From: Utricularia gibba
Taxonomy: Eukaryota; Plantae; Magnoliophyta
Length of the DNA: 64,000 nt
Direction of reading: 5' to 3'
Assembly (NCBI GenBank): GCA_002189035.1
Contig: NEEC01000008.1
Coordinates: forward strand, 744,001-808,000
A program made the translations under genes and the position numbers. Each line of letters opens with the position of its first letter. Position 1 is the first letter of the stretch. This document shows, piece after piece, positions 28,192 to 44,139 of this stretch. The notes under the pieces are model-generated. The model did no database searches. It was not told the origin of the DNA and worked only from the letters and a program-made list of their open reading frames with translations.

Positions 28192-29440
28192 ATGGCTACT
28201 TTGATTCTCCCTTCAAGGCTCAAGCCTCTTTCCCTGTCGGAAGAAGACCCCTCTTCCGTGCTGCGCAGAGCAACAAGAAGGCCCGGAAGGAATCAGCAAT
28301 CCATGACCATGACCCCTGTGAGTCTTTTTTTTTCGGTTGCGGATGTTTTTGGATCAGACCCATGTTCTGTTTGGTTGATTTTCGTTTAAAGATTGGTGCT
28401 TTGATTTGTTGGGACATCAGGTTGCGAGGTTATTCGGACCAGCAATATTCGAGGCGTCAAAGCTGAGAGTCCTGTTTCTGGGCGTGGATGGGAAGAAGCA
28501 CCCTGGAAGTCTTCCGAGGACTTACACGCTCACCCACAGCGACATCACCGCCAAGCTGACTCTCGCCGTTTCTCAAACCATCGACAATTCGCAGGTAAAT
28601 CCATCTCTCGTTTCCCAGATCTGCGAGTACGTCCATGTTCCATGGAAAGCAGGGGAACCACGCGGGCGTTTGGGGGGGTTTTAGTGTTTCGTGCTCGTTC
28701 ACGGGACAGATGCCTCCTTGGAACGACGTGTCAAATTTTGGAGGATGAGTTGGAAACGCAATCTATACAAGTTAACCGCAGCACACTCAACTTGACTCTC
28801 ACCAATTTTGGCAGCTTCTGCTTTTCTCAAGCATTTCTTTCTTCTCCTCCTCTGCATGCCTCGTGCATAGAAACCTTTGCAACTGAAAAGGGTTGTGAAA
28901 ATTTCGGGTTTCTGCTGCAGCTCCAGGGCTGGTACAACAGGCTGCAGAGAGATGAAGTGGTCGCAGAATGGAAGAAAATCAAAGGCATGATGTCTCTTCA
29001 TGTTCACTGTCACATCAGCGGTGGCCATTTTTTGCTGGATCTTTGTGCCCGGTTAAGATACTACATCTTCAGCAAGGAGCTTCCAGTGGTAAAACTCAAC
29101 TCTCCCCTTGTGTTTGTCCCAGAAAACAAGCTGGCTGATTTGGGTTGCTCAGGTTATCAAGGCGTTTGTCCATGGGGATTGGGACTTGCTGCAGAGCTAC
29201 CCTGAGCTCCAAGCTGCGCTTGTCTGGGTCTATTTCCATTCCAACGTTCCTGAATTCAACAAGGTGGAGTGCTGGGGGCCTCTGGGTGAGGCGTCTCCAC
29301 CAAAAGGGCCGACCATGGAAGACACCTTGAGGTTTAAAGATCATTTGGATGCTCCACGGCCATGCCCTGATGACTGCAACTGCTGTTTCCCTGCCACCAG
29401 TTCTATTCCCTGGCCTAAAAAGCATCCCATTAGCAACTAG
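28192..29440 (+). CDS. SGR: STAY-GREEN magnesium dechelatase (4 exons)
   Basis: VARLFGPAIFEASKLRVLFLGVD..HPGSLPRTYTLTHSDITAKLTLAVS, LQGWYNRLQRDEVVAEWKK..SLHVHCHISGGHFLLD, FNKVECWGPL and the C-terminal CPDDCNCCFP motif characteristic of SGR rather than SGRL. Confidence 0.96.
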
Positions 29441-30070
29441 CAAGTAGTAAACCGGCAAATCATGTTGTGGCTGCTACTGAGCCTCCCGCGTGCTGCATCT
29501 TTTTCTATGGCTGCGGTTTCACTTCACAAAATAGCAATGGCCTGTCGTTGCGGGTATATTAAAAAAGAACCTACCTTTTCGTCAGTTCTTTTTTAGCTGA
29601 AGCACCAAACACCCTCGTCAAGGACAACAAAATCCGAGTAGCTGAATAACCGGGTCCACGAGGTCAGTTCTTTTTCTATGGCCGCGTCACCATGAGGAGA
29701 AAAGAGAGCAAATGAGTTGGATCTGACTGGACGGCGTCTTTCTTCAATGATCAGATGGTAAGATTCAGCTCACACCAGTTGGCGGCGGATAGTTGGATCT
29801 AAATCATGCTTTAAAACAAAAGCAAAAACACAGCATGCACGCAAGCAGGTTGACCTGAAACCGTGAATGGACGACGAGTCTTTTGATAGATATCACAGAA
29901 ACCTTGAAACGAGCCGCATTGAGGCAGCATCACCATCCATAAGCTCACCAGTTGGTTGCTACTGAGTGTCACAATGATCTTTGCACTGGCTGCGACGTTG
30001 GCCAGAAAAAAGCAGCCGTTGTTGTGTGAGTAAGACCTTCCTCCCTCTCTGTAGCCCTGTGGCCCCAAGG

Positions 30071-33529
<3,459 letters not shown>

Positions 33530-33860
33530 ATCTCAAATTCAATCAACGAGTCCTAAAGGCCATGTGTCAAGCTCTAAAACCCTACCCAGTTGTAATTTGG
33601 GAATTCTTTTAGATTGATTTGCAGAAATAATTACGTGGATTTACTTTATCAAATTTACTAATTTACTTTATTAATTTTCGAAAACATTATTTATAATATT
33701 AAAACATTTTCAATACAAAACATAATACGAAATTACTTCGACAACTATTAATCATAGAATAGAATATATCAATTGAAATTTGTTTAAATATACTCGATTA
33801 AATCTTTTTTCACACGACAATGGATACTACTATCATGTAAATGTTTCACCCTAGATAATG

Positions 33861-36050
33861 TTATATATTTATTCCAACATCTTTGTAATTTTTTGAGAAT
33901 TGGACCATCGTTGATCGATCATATTCATCTACATCATTATTTTCACGAATAGAATGTCTTTTACTTTCAATAATTATATTATGCAGTATAATACATGCAT
34001 ACATGACATTCTTTAAAGTTTTTCGATCCCAAGCTCTTGCATGAGATGTTAGTATTTCGAATTGATTTCGCGATATTCCAAAAATACATTTTATATCTTT
34101 TCGAGTACTCTCCTGGAAATTGAGCAAATATACGTGATTTTTGCTCTTGTGGAAATGTAATAGATTCACGAAAACAACACAATCAGGATAAATATCATCA
34201 GTCAAGTAGCACCATTTATTAGACTCCACTGAAAAAATACATATAGATATAAAATATGAATTAGCAAAATAAATCAATTAAGTAAAACATAAGCAAAATA
34301 CATGTTTTATGCACCTTTGCTACGCAACCTTAATTACTGCTGAAAAAAAGCAAATGGAGAGATTAATGGATCCCTATTCTATCTTCAATAGAAGCAACTT
34401 GAATCGCACTTGGCCGACTTGATTGATCTTACTAATGCAAACCCATCAATCGGTTGTGTAGCGGAGATTTTGCTTTTTTAAAAAAATTTTAAATACTTTC
34501 AACCTTAGTTATTTTATAAATAGGTTTTTAAAAAATATATATTTTACTAATTTTCTAATATTGCAAAAGAACTGATTTTGGTTTCAAATTGGTAAAGTAA
34601 CTAATTTTTATAAAAAGATTTGCAATATAGCTAACATTCTATATATATTGATTTTATATTATTTTTCGAAATACTAATTAATTATTATCTTTAAATGAAT
34701 TAAAATATTAAACATATAGTTTATAAAATATTTTCTATCATATTATATTTCAAATTATATTGCTTTATATTTTCACACCACATTATGATTTACGTTGAAT
34801 GTTTCAAATTATGATTAAATTTTATGAATTTTTTTAGATATAATAATATAGAAAAACAAACTCGCAATTGATAGCAATTTATGAAATTACAAAAAGTGTA
34901 ATTTACTTGGGTAGTCAACCAAAATCACATATTGATGGATTATTGAAAAATTTCATTAATATAATATTTTAATCATTTTTTGATAATATTATTATTAAAA
35001 CAAAATCACAATTCATGATAATAAAATATATCAATCAAATGCATAAAATATATGTATTTTAGCTATTTTGCAAATAAAATTGAAAAACTCAATTACTTTG
35101 AAAATAACTTATTCAAATTAGTTACTTCTCCTAATAATACTTAGTTACATAAGTCATTTCCCCCAATTTACTCGAAGTATGTCACTGGGTTGCCATACAC
35201 CAAACACCTGACATTCATAGGTGTCAGTAAAAAAACATATATTCTGTAAACATATTTGTATAAAACATGTATTTTGCAAATATTTTCATAACATTATGTA
35301 TTTTGCTAATAAACTTTTATAAAATATGTATTTTGCTTATTTTCTCCATTTATTATGAATTGCACTCAGGAGCCAACATCATTATGCAACTCATTTAATA
35401 ATAGAGAATAGCATAAAACATTGAGATCATTATTCACACTTAGCATTCCAAAAAAGTATGCCAAATCCATGAATCTACAGAGGCTACCACTTCTAACATA
35501 AGTGACGGTTTGCGATGATCATCATGCTTAAATTGACCCTGCCATGCAGTTGGACAATTTTTCCATTCTCAATGCATACAATCTACACTACTAAGCATAC
35601 CTGGAAAGCCCCGAGATTCCCCCTAAGCAAGTAAACGTTCTAAATCTTCAATGGTGGGAGCTCTCAAATATTGTTATGAAAAACAAGTACGAATAGCAAC
35701 ATCAAAATGCTGAATATATTGGATAGCTATTACCTCTCCAATTCGAGCATATTCATCTACACTATCAGCATAAAAACCATAAGTTAATATACGTTTAGCA
35801 GCCGTGTACTTTTACAAAGGGCTAAGCCCTAAACGGCCCATGCAATCTAATTTTTCTTGAAAAAACAAATCTTGACTTTGTAGTCTCAACTATTCTTTCA
35901 AATAAAGATCTTTTCATTCGAAATTTCCTGCGGAATAGTTCATCTATGTAAGTTGTGTTATTACAAAAATAATCACCACCAACCTTTCATGTCCTAGTTG
36001 ACGGTTGTGCTCCACACGTTGGCGTGGTAGTCATTGTCTTGAGGTTTCTT
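33861..36050 (-). pseudogene. Harbinger DDE transposase pseudogene, split by a 1.1-kb insertion
   Basis: The minus strand reads DYF..DELFRRKFRMKRSLFERIV, KYTAAKRILTYG..DSVDEYARIGE, YLRAPT..GFPGMLSSVDCMH*EWKNCPTAWQGQ..WIWHTFFG..NNDLNVL, then YLTDDIYP..FQESTRKDI..ACIILHNII. It has several in-frame stops and frameshifts. Confidence 0.9.
34231..35344. mobile_element. Non-autonomous foldback/MULE-like insertion within the Harbinger transposase
   Basis: AT-rich, with inverted subterminal repeats (GCAAAATACAT units) at both ends. Removing it restores in-frame FIINGVESNKWCYLTDDIY. No clean TSD was resolved. Confidence 0.6.
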
Positions 36051-36410
36051 ATTGCTTCTCATGTGTCTTGTTACGAATGAAATCAAATCCCTATTGCATG
36101 ATTGTTGCATAATGTACATCATCTTCTATGAAAGACTTCACTATGGGACTCCCAAAATGTGAATTCATGATGTGAATGGAATTACTATGACAACTAGATT
36201 TTTTAAATAGACGAAATTTTCAACTATCCTTTTTTTAATTTCACCTACTATATTTAAGTTTTATCCATCATTTTTATTTTCATCTGCTACTTTTTAATTT
36301 TATCTACCACTTTGATTTTCACTTACTAATTCTACTACTTTAATTTTTATCTACCACAAGTTAATTTTACCTATCACTTTTAATGTTATCTAATAATATA
36401 AGTTACACCT

Positions 36411-37557
36411 TGATGGTCATTCTGTAACTGAACAGAAATCGTACAAGTAATCAAATAAGATCGTATTCACAGAAAATTGTTATTGGAATTTTCTTTTCAA
36501 ACAAAGATTCAAAAAGATCGAAAACAAAAGAAAGATTTGGTTTTAAAAACAAGAAAAAAGGTGGCATTAGACCTGAGATCCATCTTGCTTAAAACTCGCT
36601 CAAACTTGTGTGTGTAAACCTTGAAGGCTGACCTGCTTGCGCAAGTTTTGGAGGTGTTATTCTAAAATAGTGCTACTCGGTAACCGTTATAGCACTGTCT
36701 CTCGTTTAGTGGGATTATAGAATCGACCACGCCACCAGAGCCCTTTCACCTCTTGTGATAACCCGTGTTTTCCCCACACCCAAATCTAACCCCTACACCT
36801 CACACCTCGCAGATAGATTAGACAGAATGTGCCTTACCAACGATGTCTGATTGAGTTCTTCTCCTTAGGTGCTTGAGGCGAACCTTTGATTCTCTCACAC
36901 TCCATTTGGGTTATGTGATACTAAAGAACACATTGTTAAAGAAAAAGTTGCGAAAAACAAAATCAAACGTAAATTTAAATGTCAAAAAACATAATAAACA
37001 ATCACACGCGCAGGACTTACGCAAGCAAGGCTTCACCACAGATCTTCAGCCGCAAGCGCCTACACGCGCAGACTCGACTCTAACATAAAAATAGACATGA
37101 AAATAGGAAAAATACAAAGGAAAAGTGGTCAAAGGACGTCTCTAATGGTTGAGAGAGTGAGCTATTTATATGAGACTAGATCTAAGTCTTCATATTGGGC
37201 TTGTTTGATGGGTTTGGATAAGATTTTCTATCCAATTTTTTATCCAAATTTTCAAAGATCATCTTTATATCTCTATCTTATCCATGAATCTTGGACCAAA
37301 TCTTTATCGAACTAAGTCTTGAGCTGAGATTTGTGGCCCATCAAGTTTATAATTTAGTGGGTCTTGATTTCTCCTCAAAATGATCCACAAATGCCCTAAA
37401 AATCCATAAAATATACTTTCTCTCCAAAAAGATCAAAGTAGTGTGAAAGATGCAAAATCAATTGAAAATAATGAGAAAATGGAATCTAAGATAAGTAAAA
37501 ACAACACTAATAAGTAATGGAAAAACATATTTTGGAACGACACAAAATCACATATCA
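36411..37557. mobile_element. Solo LTR (1147 bp; Gypsy, Athila/Tat-like by composition)
   Basis: Starts TGAT and ends ATCA, flanked by a perfect 5-bp TSD CACCT (36406-36410 and 37558-37562). No PBS, PPT or coding sequence is attached. Confidence 0.85.
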
Positions 37558-37793
37558 CACCTACTATTTTTATATTCACCTAATATTATTGCATTATGAC
37601 TTTCATTTGAACCTAACAATATTATTTGCATTTGTATAATTTAAATAAAATCTAATATTTATAAAAAGAAAATAATATAAGTACATTGAATTGAATTTAA
37701 AAATCAATAAAGTCAAATAATGCATAACAAAACATAATTAAAAAGACAAATCATTCTAAGTTTGAAAAATCATGAATATACTTCAAAGTCCAA

Positions 37794-38700
37794 TCAATCA
37801 TTCGAATTAAAGGGATTAATACATGTATTCTCCTCTTTGTCCTTCGAAGTGTCATCAACTATAATTAAACTCTTAGTCTTTGCAAGACCATAAAATATCA
37901 TTTCATATTTTATCTTTTGTTCAGGACTCATCTTACTTACATCATTTGAAAATATCTTCAAGCAAAGATCCGTAAAATATAATTGATTGTAGATCTCCAT
38001 CAACTCAATTTTTTTTTAAAACTTACAATGTAAGTTATTTATCACATCCTTGTATTCTTCAAATGATTTATCATTAGTAGCATTAGTAGAATACATCAAT
38101 TGTTTCTCTTATGATTTATGCTTCGCAATCTTTTATCCTATAGGTCTTTCTTTCAACACTTGGAGAAGATTGCGAAGTGTAGTAAATTGCTCAATTTTCA
38201 AGCTTTTCTCCAAACCTTTTCCAATGACATGATTTATTATCTAGCAAAAAAAAACATATACTTATACATGATGGAATTTGATATCAACAAAACAATAAAA
38301 GTATACATATTGACATTCATTTCGACTCAAAATGCAAAACTTACCAACACTTAATATCAACAAAATCTTTCTTTTCTTCACTCTTGAATAACTTTAAAGC
38401 TTGGAGTTTGAGATCATATTCATTGTAATCACTTCCTCCTTTCGATATTATTCTATCCACACAATCTCCGAATTTGCTACAATTATAACTTAGAGTATCC
38501 CATTTGTGACTTATTATATCTATGCTTCAGGGAACAACATTGAAGCTTCATGATAGTAATAAAAAACTTTCTTCCAAAAGCTATTTCCTTTTTGTGAAGT
38601 TCTATGTATTGGATTCTTATTAACATTTCTCAAACCTGAAATAATGATTAATTTATCTTCATCATACCATCTTTGAGATTGGAATCTTCTAGTGACCATT
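37794..38700 (-). pseudogene. Harbinger ORF1 (Myb/SANT-like DNA-binding protein) relic
   Basis: RWYDEDKLIIISGLRNVNKNPIHRTSQKGNSFWKKVFYYY resembles WT..ED..L..AW.N...DP...N.QK...FW..I..YY. The C-terminus reads KIFSNDVSKMSPEQKIKYE. Confidence 0.7.
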
Positions 38701-39674
38701 GTATAACAAAAGAATTCAATTAAAACATCATGAATATATATAACATAAGAACAAGAATAAAATAAAATAAATACTATATATTATCTTAGAATTATAAATA
38801 TTTTGACATCCAACAAATTGAACTAAACAAAAAAAAAGCAATTATGGCTCCACATGTTGACACCCGATCCAATTAGTAAGACATCTGTCAAAAGTAACCA
38901 AAACATTTCTTGGTGAATAGAGCAAAAACTTAACTAGGTATAGTCATGTTTTTTAAAAAAAATGGTAAAAACAACATATATATATAAAACAACAAAAATC
39001 AGCAAAAATAATCAAAAACAATAAAAATGATCAAAAACATCAGAAATCAACAAAAATCATAGAAAAAAAAGGGTCACTACCCCGCAGAAAAGAATAGGAA
39101 TGGTGTTTTGAATGTGGAAATGAATTCGGCAAACGATGAGAAATTTTAACATTTGCCATCCACCTATTTGTTGCAAAGCAGCAATTAAGAGCCCAGGATC
39201 CTACATCTCAACAAATGCAAGTCATTGACCACATTATTGATTGTTTAAAAAAACAACTTATTGAAACCCAACACATACGAAGTCATAATTGTCTACCTAT
39301 GCAAATGGATGATGTTCACGCTATTCTAGTCATGCTATGGATTGCTATTACGTAGAAAGAGATTCAATGTACCTGAAGGGCAATTGAAGACAATATCGAA
39401 GAGATTCTAAAGAAATGGAACACTTGAACGAATTTGGATGAAGGAAATTATGACACATATTCAAGGTTTTAAAGTCCTGTTTCTGCAAGAAAATGGAGCT
39501 TCCTGCTTCTGGTTTCCGCAGCGTGAAGTTTCCTCAAATTAATCATTTCCGTAAAAATAATATTGATTTTCAGAAAGTTACATCAATATTTTCGGAAATC
39601 ACTAAAGATGCTCTTATAATAACAAAACAAACTTTTTAGTGGTAATTCTACCATGTCAACTATTAACCTAGAAT

Positions 39675-40575
39675 TAGAGGTGGGTACGAGTTTGACTCAT
39701 ATGAGTTTGAGTCGAGTTAAACAAGTCAAAGTTAAGCCAATTGACTTGGTGAGTCCAACTTATCATGAGTTACCCTTGACTCGACTCATGTACGAATCAG
39801 TAGTCAATAATTCTACAAGTATGCAATAAAAAATTATTTATTACCTTAGATCATGAAACTCATGATATCATAATTATAACATATATAAATAAAATGTATA
39901 TTTAATTAAATATAATCATACTATTAATATAATACGTAAGAAGATAGAAGAAAAATTTGTTACCTGCGCTTTTTTTAATAGTTCCACAAACATACAATTT
40001 AAGAATAATGAATCTCACTACAAAGTATAAAACATAATGTTAAAAAAACGTATATTCTATAGAAACATAATCAACGTCAAATGAAAACAAAATGGATTTT
40101 GAGCAGTTGCAAGTTAAATAATTCTACCAATCTATTCAAAAAAATATGAACATAAAATAGTGGAAGTAGTTGCACAAACAGAAACACAAAGAATTTAGAT
40201 AAAATGTCACAAATGGTGAAGTGCAGCAAAATAGCAGAATTAATTGGCTTGAAAATCGTACTGAAAACAAGTGAAAAATGATATAATTGAAACTTTTTGA
40301 AACTCTATATTTGATATAATCTTTTTTGTTGATTGGATTTGATAATAATTGAGTTCGAGAAAAAAAAAATCAATTATTAGATTGACTCAAAATATTTTTT
40401 ATTTTAAAAAAATTAAATTAAATTGACAAATCGACTTATACTCATGAACGTGGACTCGACTCTCACTCATGGACTCGACTCGCACTCATTTCCACATGAG
40501 TACGAGTCACGAGTTGACTCGCTACGAGTTAACTTGTCAAATCGATAAGTTGACTCATACTCATGCCTAACTCTA
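39675..40575. mobile_element. hAT-type MITE
   Basis: Imperfect TIRs TAGAGGTGGGTACGAGT / TAGAGTTAGGCATGAGT, an 8-bp TSD with 7/8 identity (CCTAGAAT / ACTAGAAT) and dense GACTCG/CGAGT subterminal repeats at both ends. Confidence 0.8.
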
Positions 40576-42074
40576 ACTAGAATATTGGATACTTTATATA
40601 TAGACACATTAGCACCTTGATATGGAACACAAAATACGTAAAATTATAAAATATCCTACTTTAGTATGCATATCATGTTTTTAATAATAATAATAATATT
40701 ATTACTATTATGATTAATATATAATCAATTTTTCTTAAATTGTATCAATAATCTTTTAATTTCATAATGGTCATACATCTTCATTTGCATTAATTTTACT
40801 TGCGTTTTTCATTTTCCAATTTCAAGTATACAAAATCTAAAATAAATATTATTGGAGTCCATACAAATAATCATTATGAATATATTGGTTGATTTTGGAT
40901 GTTTGGATAAAAAAAAAGGCTTCAAATAAATCTAAAGTAAGAAAAAGATTCTGGTGAATTTCAAAAGTGCGGAAAGCCGTCGAGATGAAGTGGAGTACTG
41001 AAAATTAGGATTAATTTGAGTGTTTTTGGATATATAAAAAAGGGTAAAATTAATAAATTGTATATTTTAATATTAAATTATTGAACAATATTAATTTTTT
41101 TTCCTACGTACTGTTGATGTATCCCGTCCTCAGTACGGGTCGGACACTCCTTTTCATGAAAAATCAGCGTGTCCGACACCCCAGTCGTGAACTAGCAGTC
41201 ATATTTGATCTCATTGTCCAGATACAATTCTCTGTGTTCTTTGAGTCCACGTTATGCTTTTGCTCCTGTCCCGGTTTTGGTTTTCGTCCCAATTCACTGG
41301 CTCCGGTGCCACAACCGTCTCGGAAATGAATGTATCATGGAAACGGGTCGCAGCTGTAAATGCGAGGGATGGGAACATTACCTAACGTGTCAGCAGCACA
41401 GGACTGTGCATGAGCCCGCCTTCATCTGAGAACGCCAAGGGGCTCTGAATGTGTCAGCAAGCCCCTACCGGGAGCATGTGCATTACCACATTATCCCAGT
41501 GCATAAGTACGCAACACCCTCCTCCTCTAAATTCCATTTTTTATCCAGATTGTCGCTTCGCAGGTTGAATCTCATCTCGTTTCTCTGCATTTGCTTATGG
41601 ATTTCTCTCTTTAAAAAACGGTCTTTCGGTGTTTTTGCCTCTCCTGGGTACTCTCTCCTCCGCTTTACTGTCTTCTGTGGGGATTGCCTTTTTGGTCTCT
41701 TCTTTTTAGAAGCATTTCCATAGTTCTAAGGCTATCCTTTTTTGTCAAGAGAGTAATTTTGAGGAGGGCAGTGTCCTTTTTCTCTAGAAGTTAGCGGACA
41801 AGAGGGTAAGGTCAGATAACTGTCTTGTCATTTTCTGGAGTGCTGGATTAAACTTTCCTGTGGAATTAGTCTTTCTAGGTGTATCAAACCAATTGTAGTT
41901 TCTGGACAAGTTTCTTACCCAATCTGCTCTTGGTAATTCCAAGCTCCTGGTATCAGCTGAGGGATCCAAAATCTTTGAGCTTCCTGTGTTCGAAATAGAA
42001 GAAAAAAAGAGAGCAATTTTACTTATTTGTGTGTTGTTTTGCCAATCTGAACTTTTTTTTTGTTGAAGGATAAC

Positions 42075-43313
42075 ATGGCACAAAGGATCATGAACATTGT
42101 TTCCAAGAAACCTTCATCCAGTGACGGAATGTCACCAGAAACGCAGCAAGATAAGGTACTTTTACCATGATAGAAAGGAAGTGAAGGATTGTGCTTACTT
42201 GCATGCATCTGCAAATTCCAGGTTGATGAAGTGAGGAAGCAAATTGGATCCCAGTCTAGAAACCTATCCCTCCATTGCTCGGATGCATCTATTTCAAGAT
42301 ACCTGAGAACAGTGAACTGGAATGTTAGCAAGGCTGTAAAAATGCTTAAAGCTAGTCTCAAATGGAGATTGGGATACAAGCCTGATGAAATCTGCTGGGT
42401 AGTTCTTCATCATGATACTACCACAGAACTTTGCTTTGGAAAATGTTGTCAACGTTGGTTCTCATGTAGGATGATATTGCTGAAGAAGCAAAAACAGGAA
42501 GAATGTACCTTGCAAGTTACAAAGATAAGTATGGGAGGCCAGTTCTTGTAATAAGACCAAGATACCAGGTAATATTCATTTCTCCACTTGCTACTTTTGC
42601 AGTTCTTGTAACATGTTGGTGGCTGTTGAGATTGTTTGTGGTGCACCTGTTGCTGTAAAGAAGTGAACTAAAACCACATTAAAATCCATTTGCAGAGCTT
42701 AAAATCAGTGAAAGAACAGGTCAAGTATCTTGTGTACTGCCTTGAGAAAGCAATTTCAGATCTCAATCTCACTCTCGACCAAGAGGAGATCGTATCGTTG
42801 GTTGACTTCCATGGCTTCAGTTTGTCGAATGTATCCCTCGCCGCAGCCAGGGAAGTAATCAACGTTTTCCAGGATCACTACCCTCAGAGAATTGGAGTTG
42901 CATTTTTATGCAACCCACCCAAAGTCTTCGAGCCATTTTGGAAGGTGACACTCCCGCCACACGAGACACACTGAAACAGCGGGTGATCTGATAAACTATT
43001 TTGTGTTGTGCTCTTGCAGTTGGTGAAGACTTTTTGTGATCAGAAGACAGTTGAGAGGGTGAAGTTCGTGTACTTGGAAGATCCAACAGCAACCAAAATC
43101 ATCGATGAATTGTTTGAAATAGAAAAGGAGGCATTGGAAATTGCATTTGGAGGCAGAAATTGTGAAGAATTCGACATCAACATGTATGCAGAGAGGATGA
43201 GAGATTACGACAGAAGAGCTGGCAACAATTTGTCAAAAGTAGAAGAAGATGCTGCTGCTGATCCTACAGAACTCCCACCACCTCCACTGCTGCTTCCCAT
43301 CACAGCAGCTTGA
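42075..43313 (+). CDS. Sec14/CRAL-TRIO lipid-binding protein (random slug protein 5-like; 5 exons)
   Basis: CSDASISRYLRTVNWNVSKAVKMLKASLKWRLGYKPDEICW, KDKYGRPVLVIRP, QVKYLVYCLEKAI, QDHYPQRIGVAFLCNPPKVFEPFWK and LEIAFGG. Confidence 0.9.
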
Positions 43314-43577
43314 TGTCCCTCATTTCAGTAGCGTTGAGGTAATAAGAGGATGCTGTCCAAACCCCAGTTTGCAGCATGTGGTTCCACTGCTTTGTTCTGT
43401 AGTTTGCGATCAAGTTAAGGGTGGTGTAAAGTATTCCTCCAAAGTGTTCCATGTCAGAATATGCGCATACCCAAAAGAAAAAACTTAAGGACTAAAAATA
43501 CCCAAAATAATTGAAATCAATTATGTCAATGATGATGATTAAATATATCATTTTGATCAACTATTAGGAACCAATTA

Positions 43578-44139
43578 GAAAAAAATTCATTAAATCCATC
43601 AAATTTATCTTTCATTTTCAATTATACCATCAAAGTTTTTTTTGTTTCAGTAAAAGTATTAAATATATTAAAATGGTTTAATTTTAAATATAAACATATA
43701 AAAATTAGTTTTTTATTTATGTAAACTTATATTTGCATGGATTTAATTAAAATATAATTCAATTTAATACAACATTTCATTAAATTCATCAAAAATTGAT
43801 TTTTTGTCTTTTGATTAAAAATAAAATAATTTGACATTGTTGATAATTTTCGTATAATGATTTAATCATGATTAAGTTTTTTAGTGAATAAATTTTTTTA
43901 TGATGAAAATGAAATTGTACATATATTTTATGGATTTAATGAAAAATTATATTAAATCGGATTATATCTTTAGTAAATCAGATTTATTATCGTTTTATAC
44001 AATTACAAAAAATCAATTTTTATATTTATATTTGAAATGAAAATTTTTTGATATGTTTAATGACTTCACAGAAAAAAAAAATTTGATGACAAAATCGAAA
44101 ACGAACTATAAATTTGATGACTTTAATGAAATTTTTCGA
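43578..44139. mobile_element. Mutator-like MITE
   Basis: About 65-bp imperfect terminal inverted repeats (AAAATTCATTAAATCCATCAAATTTAT.. versus its mirror) and a 9-bp direct repeat AACCAATTA at 43569-43577 and 44140-44148. Confidence 0.75.

Larger units (their letters stand above)
33650..39613 (-). mobile_element. Degenerate PIF/Harbinger DNA transposon (two ORFs, nested insertions)
   Basis: Transposase pieces at 33861-34230 and 35345-36050 and a Myb/SANT-like ORF1 at ~37790-38700, all on the minus strand. The right end CTAAAGATGCTC|TTA (reverse complement GAGCATCTTTAG) resembles a Harbinger TIR with TTA target. The left end was not found, so 33650 is approximate. Confidence 0.75.

Noticed and set aside
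39160-39480. Short open stretches (FVAKQQLRAQDP.., GAIEDNIEEILKKW) inside the Harbinger 5' region
   Set aside because: No family was recognised, and they are interrupted by stops. A captured fragment is possible but unsupported.
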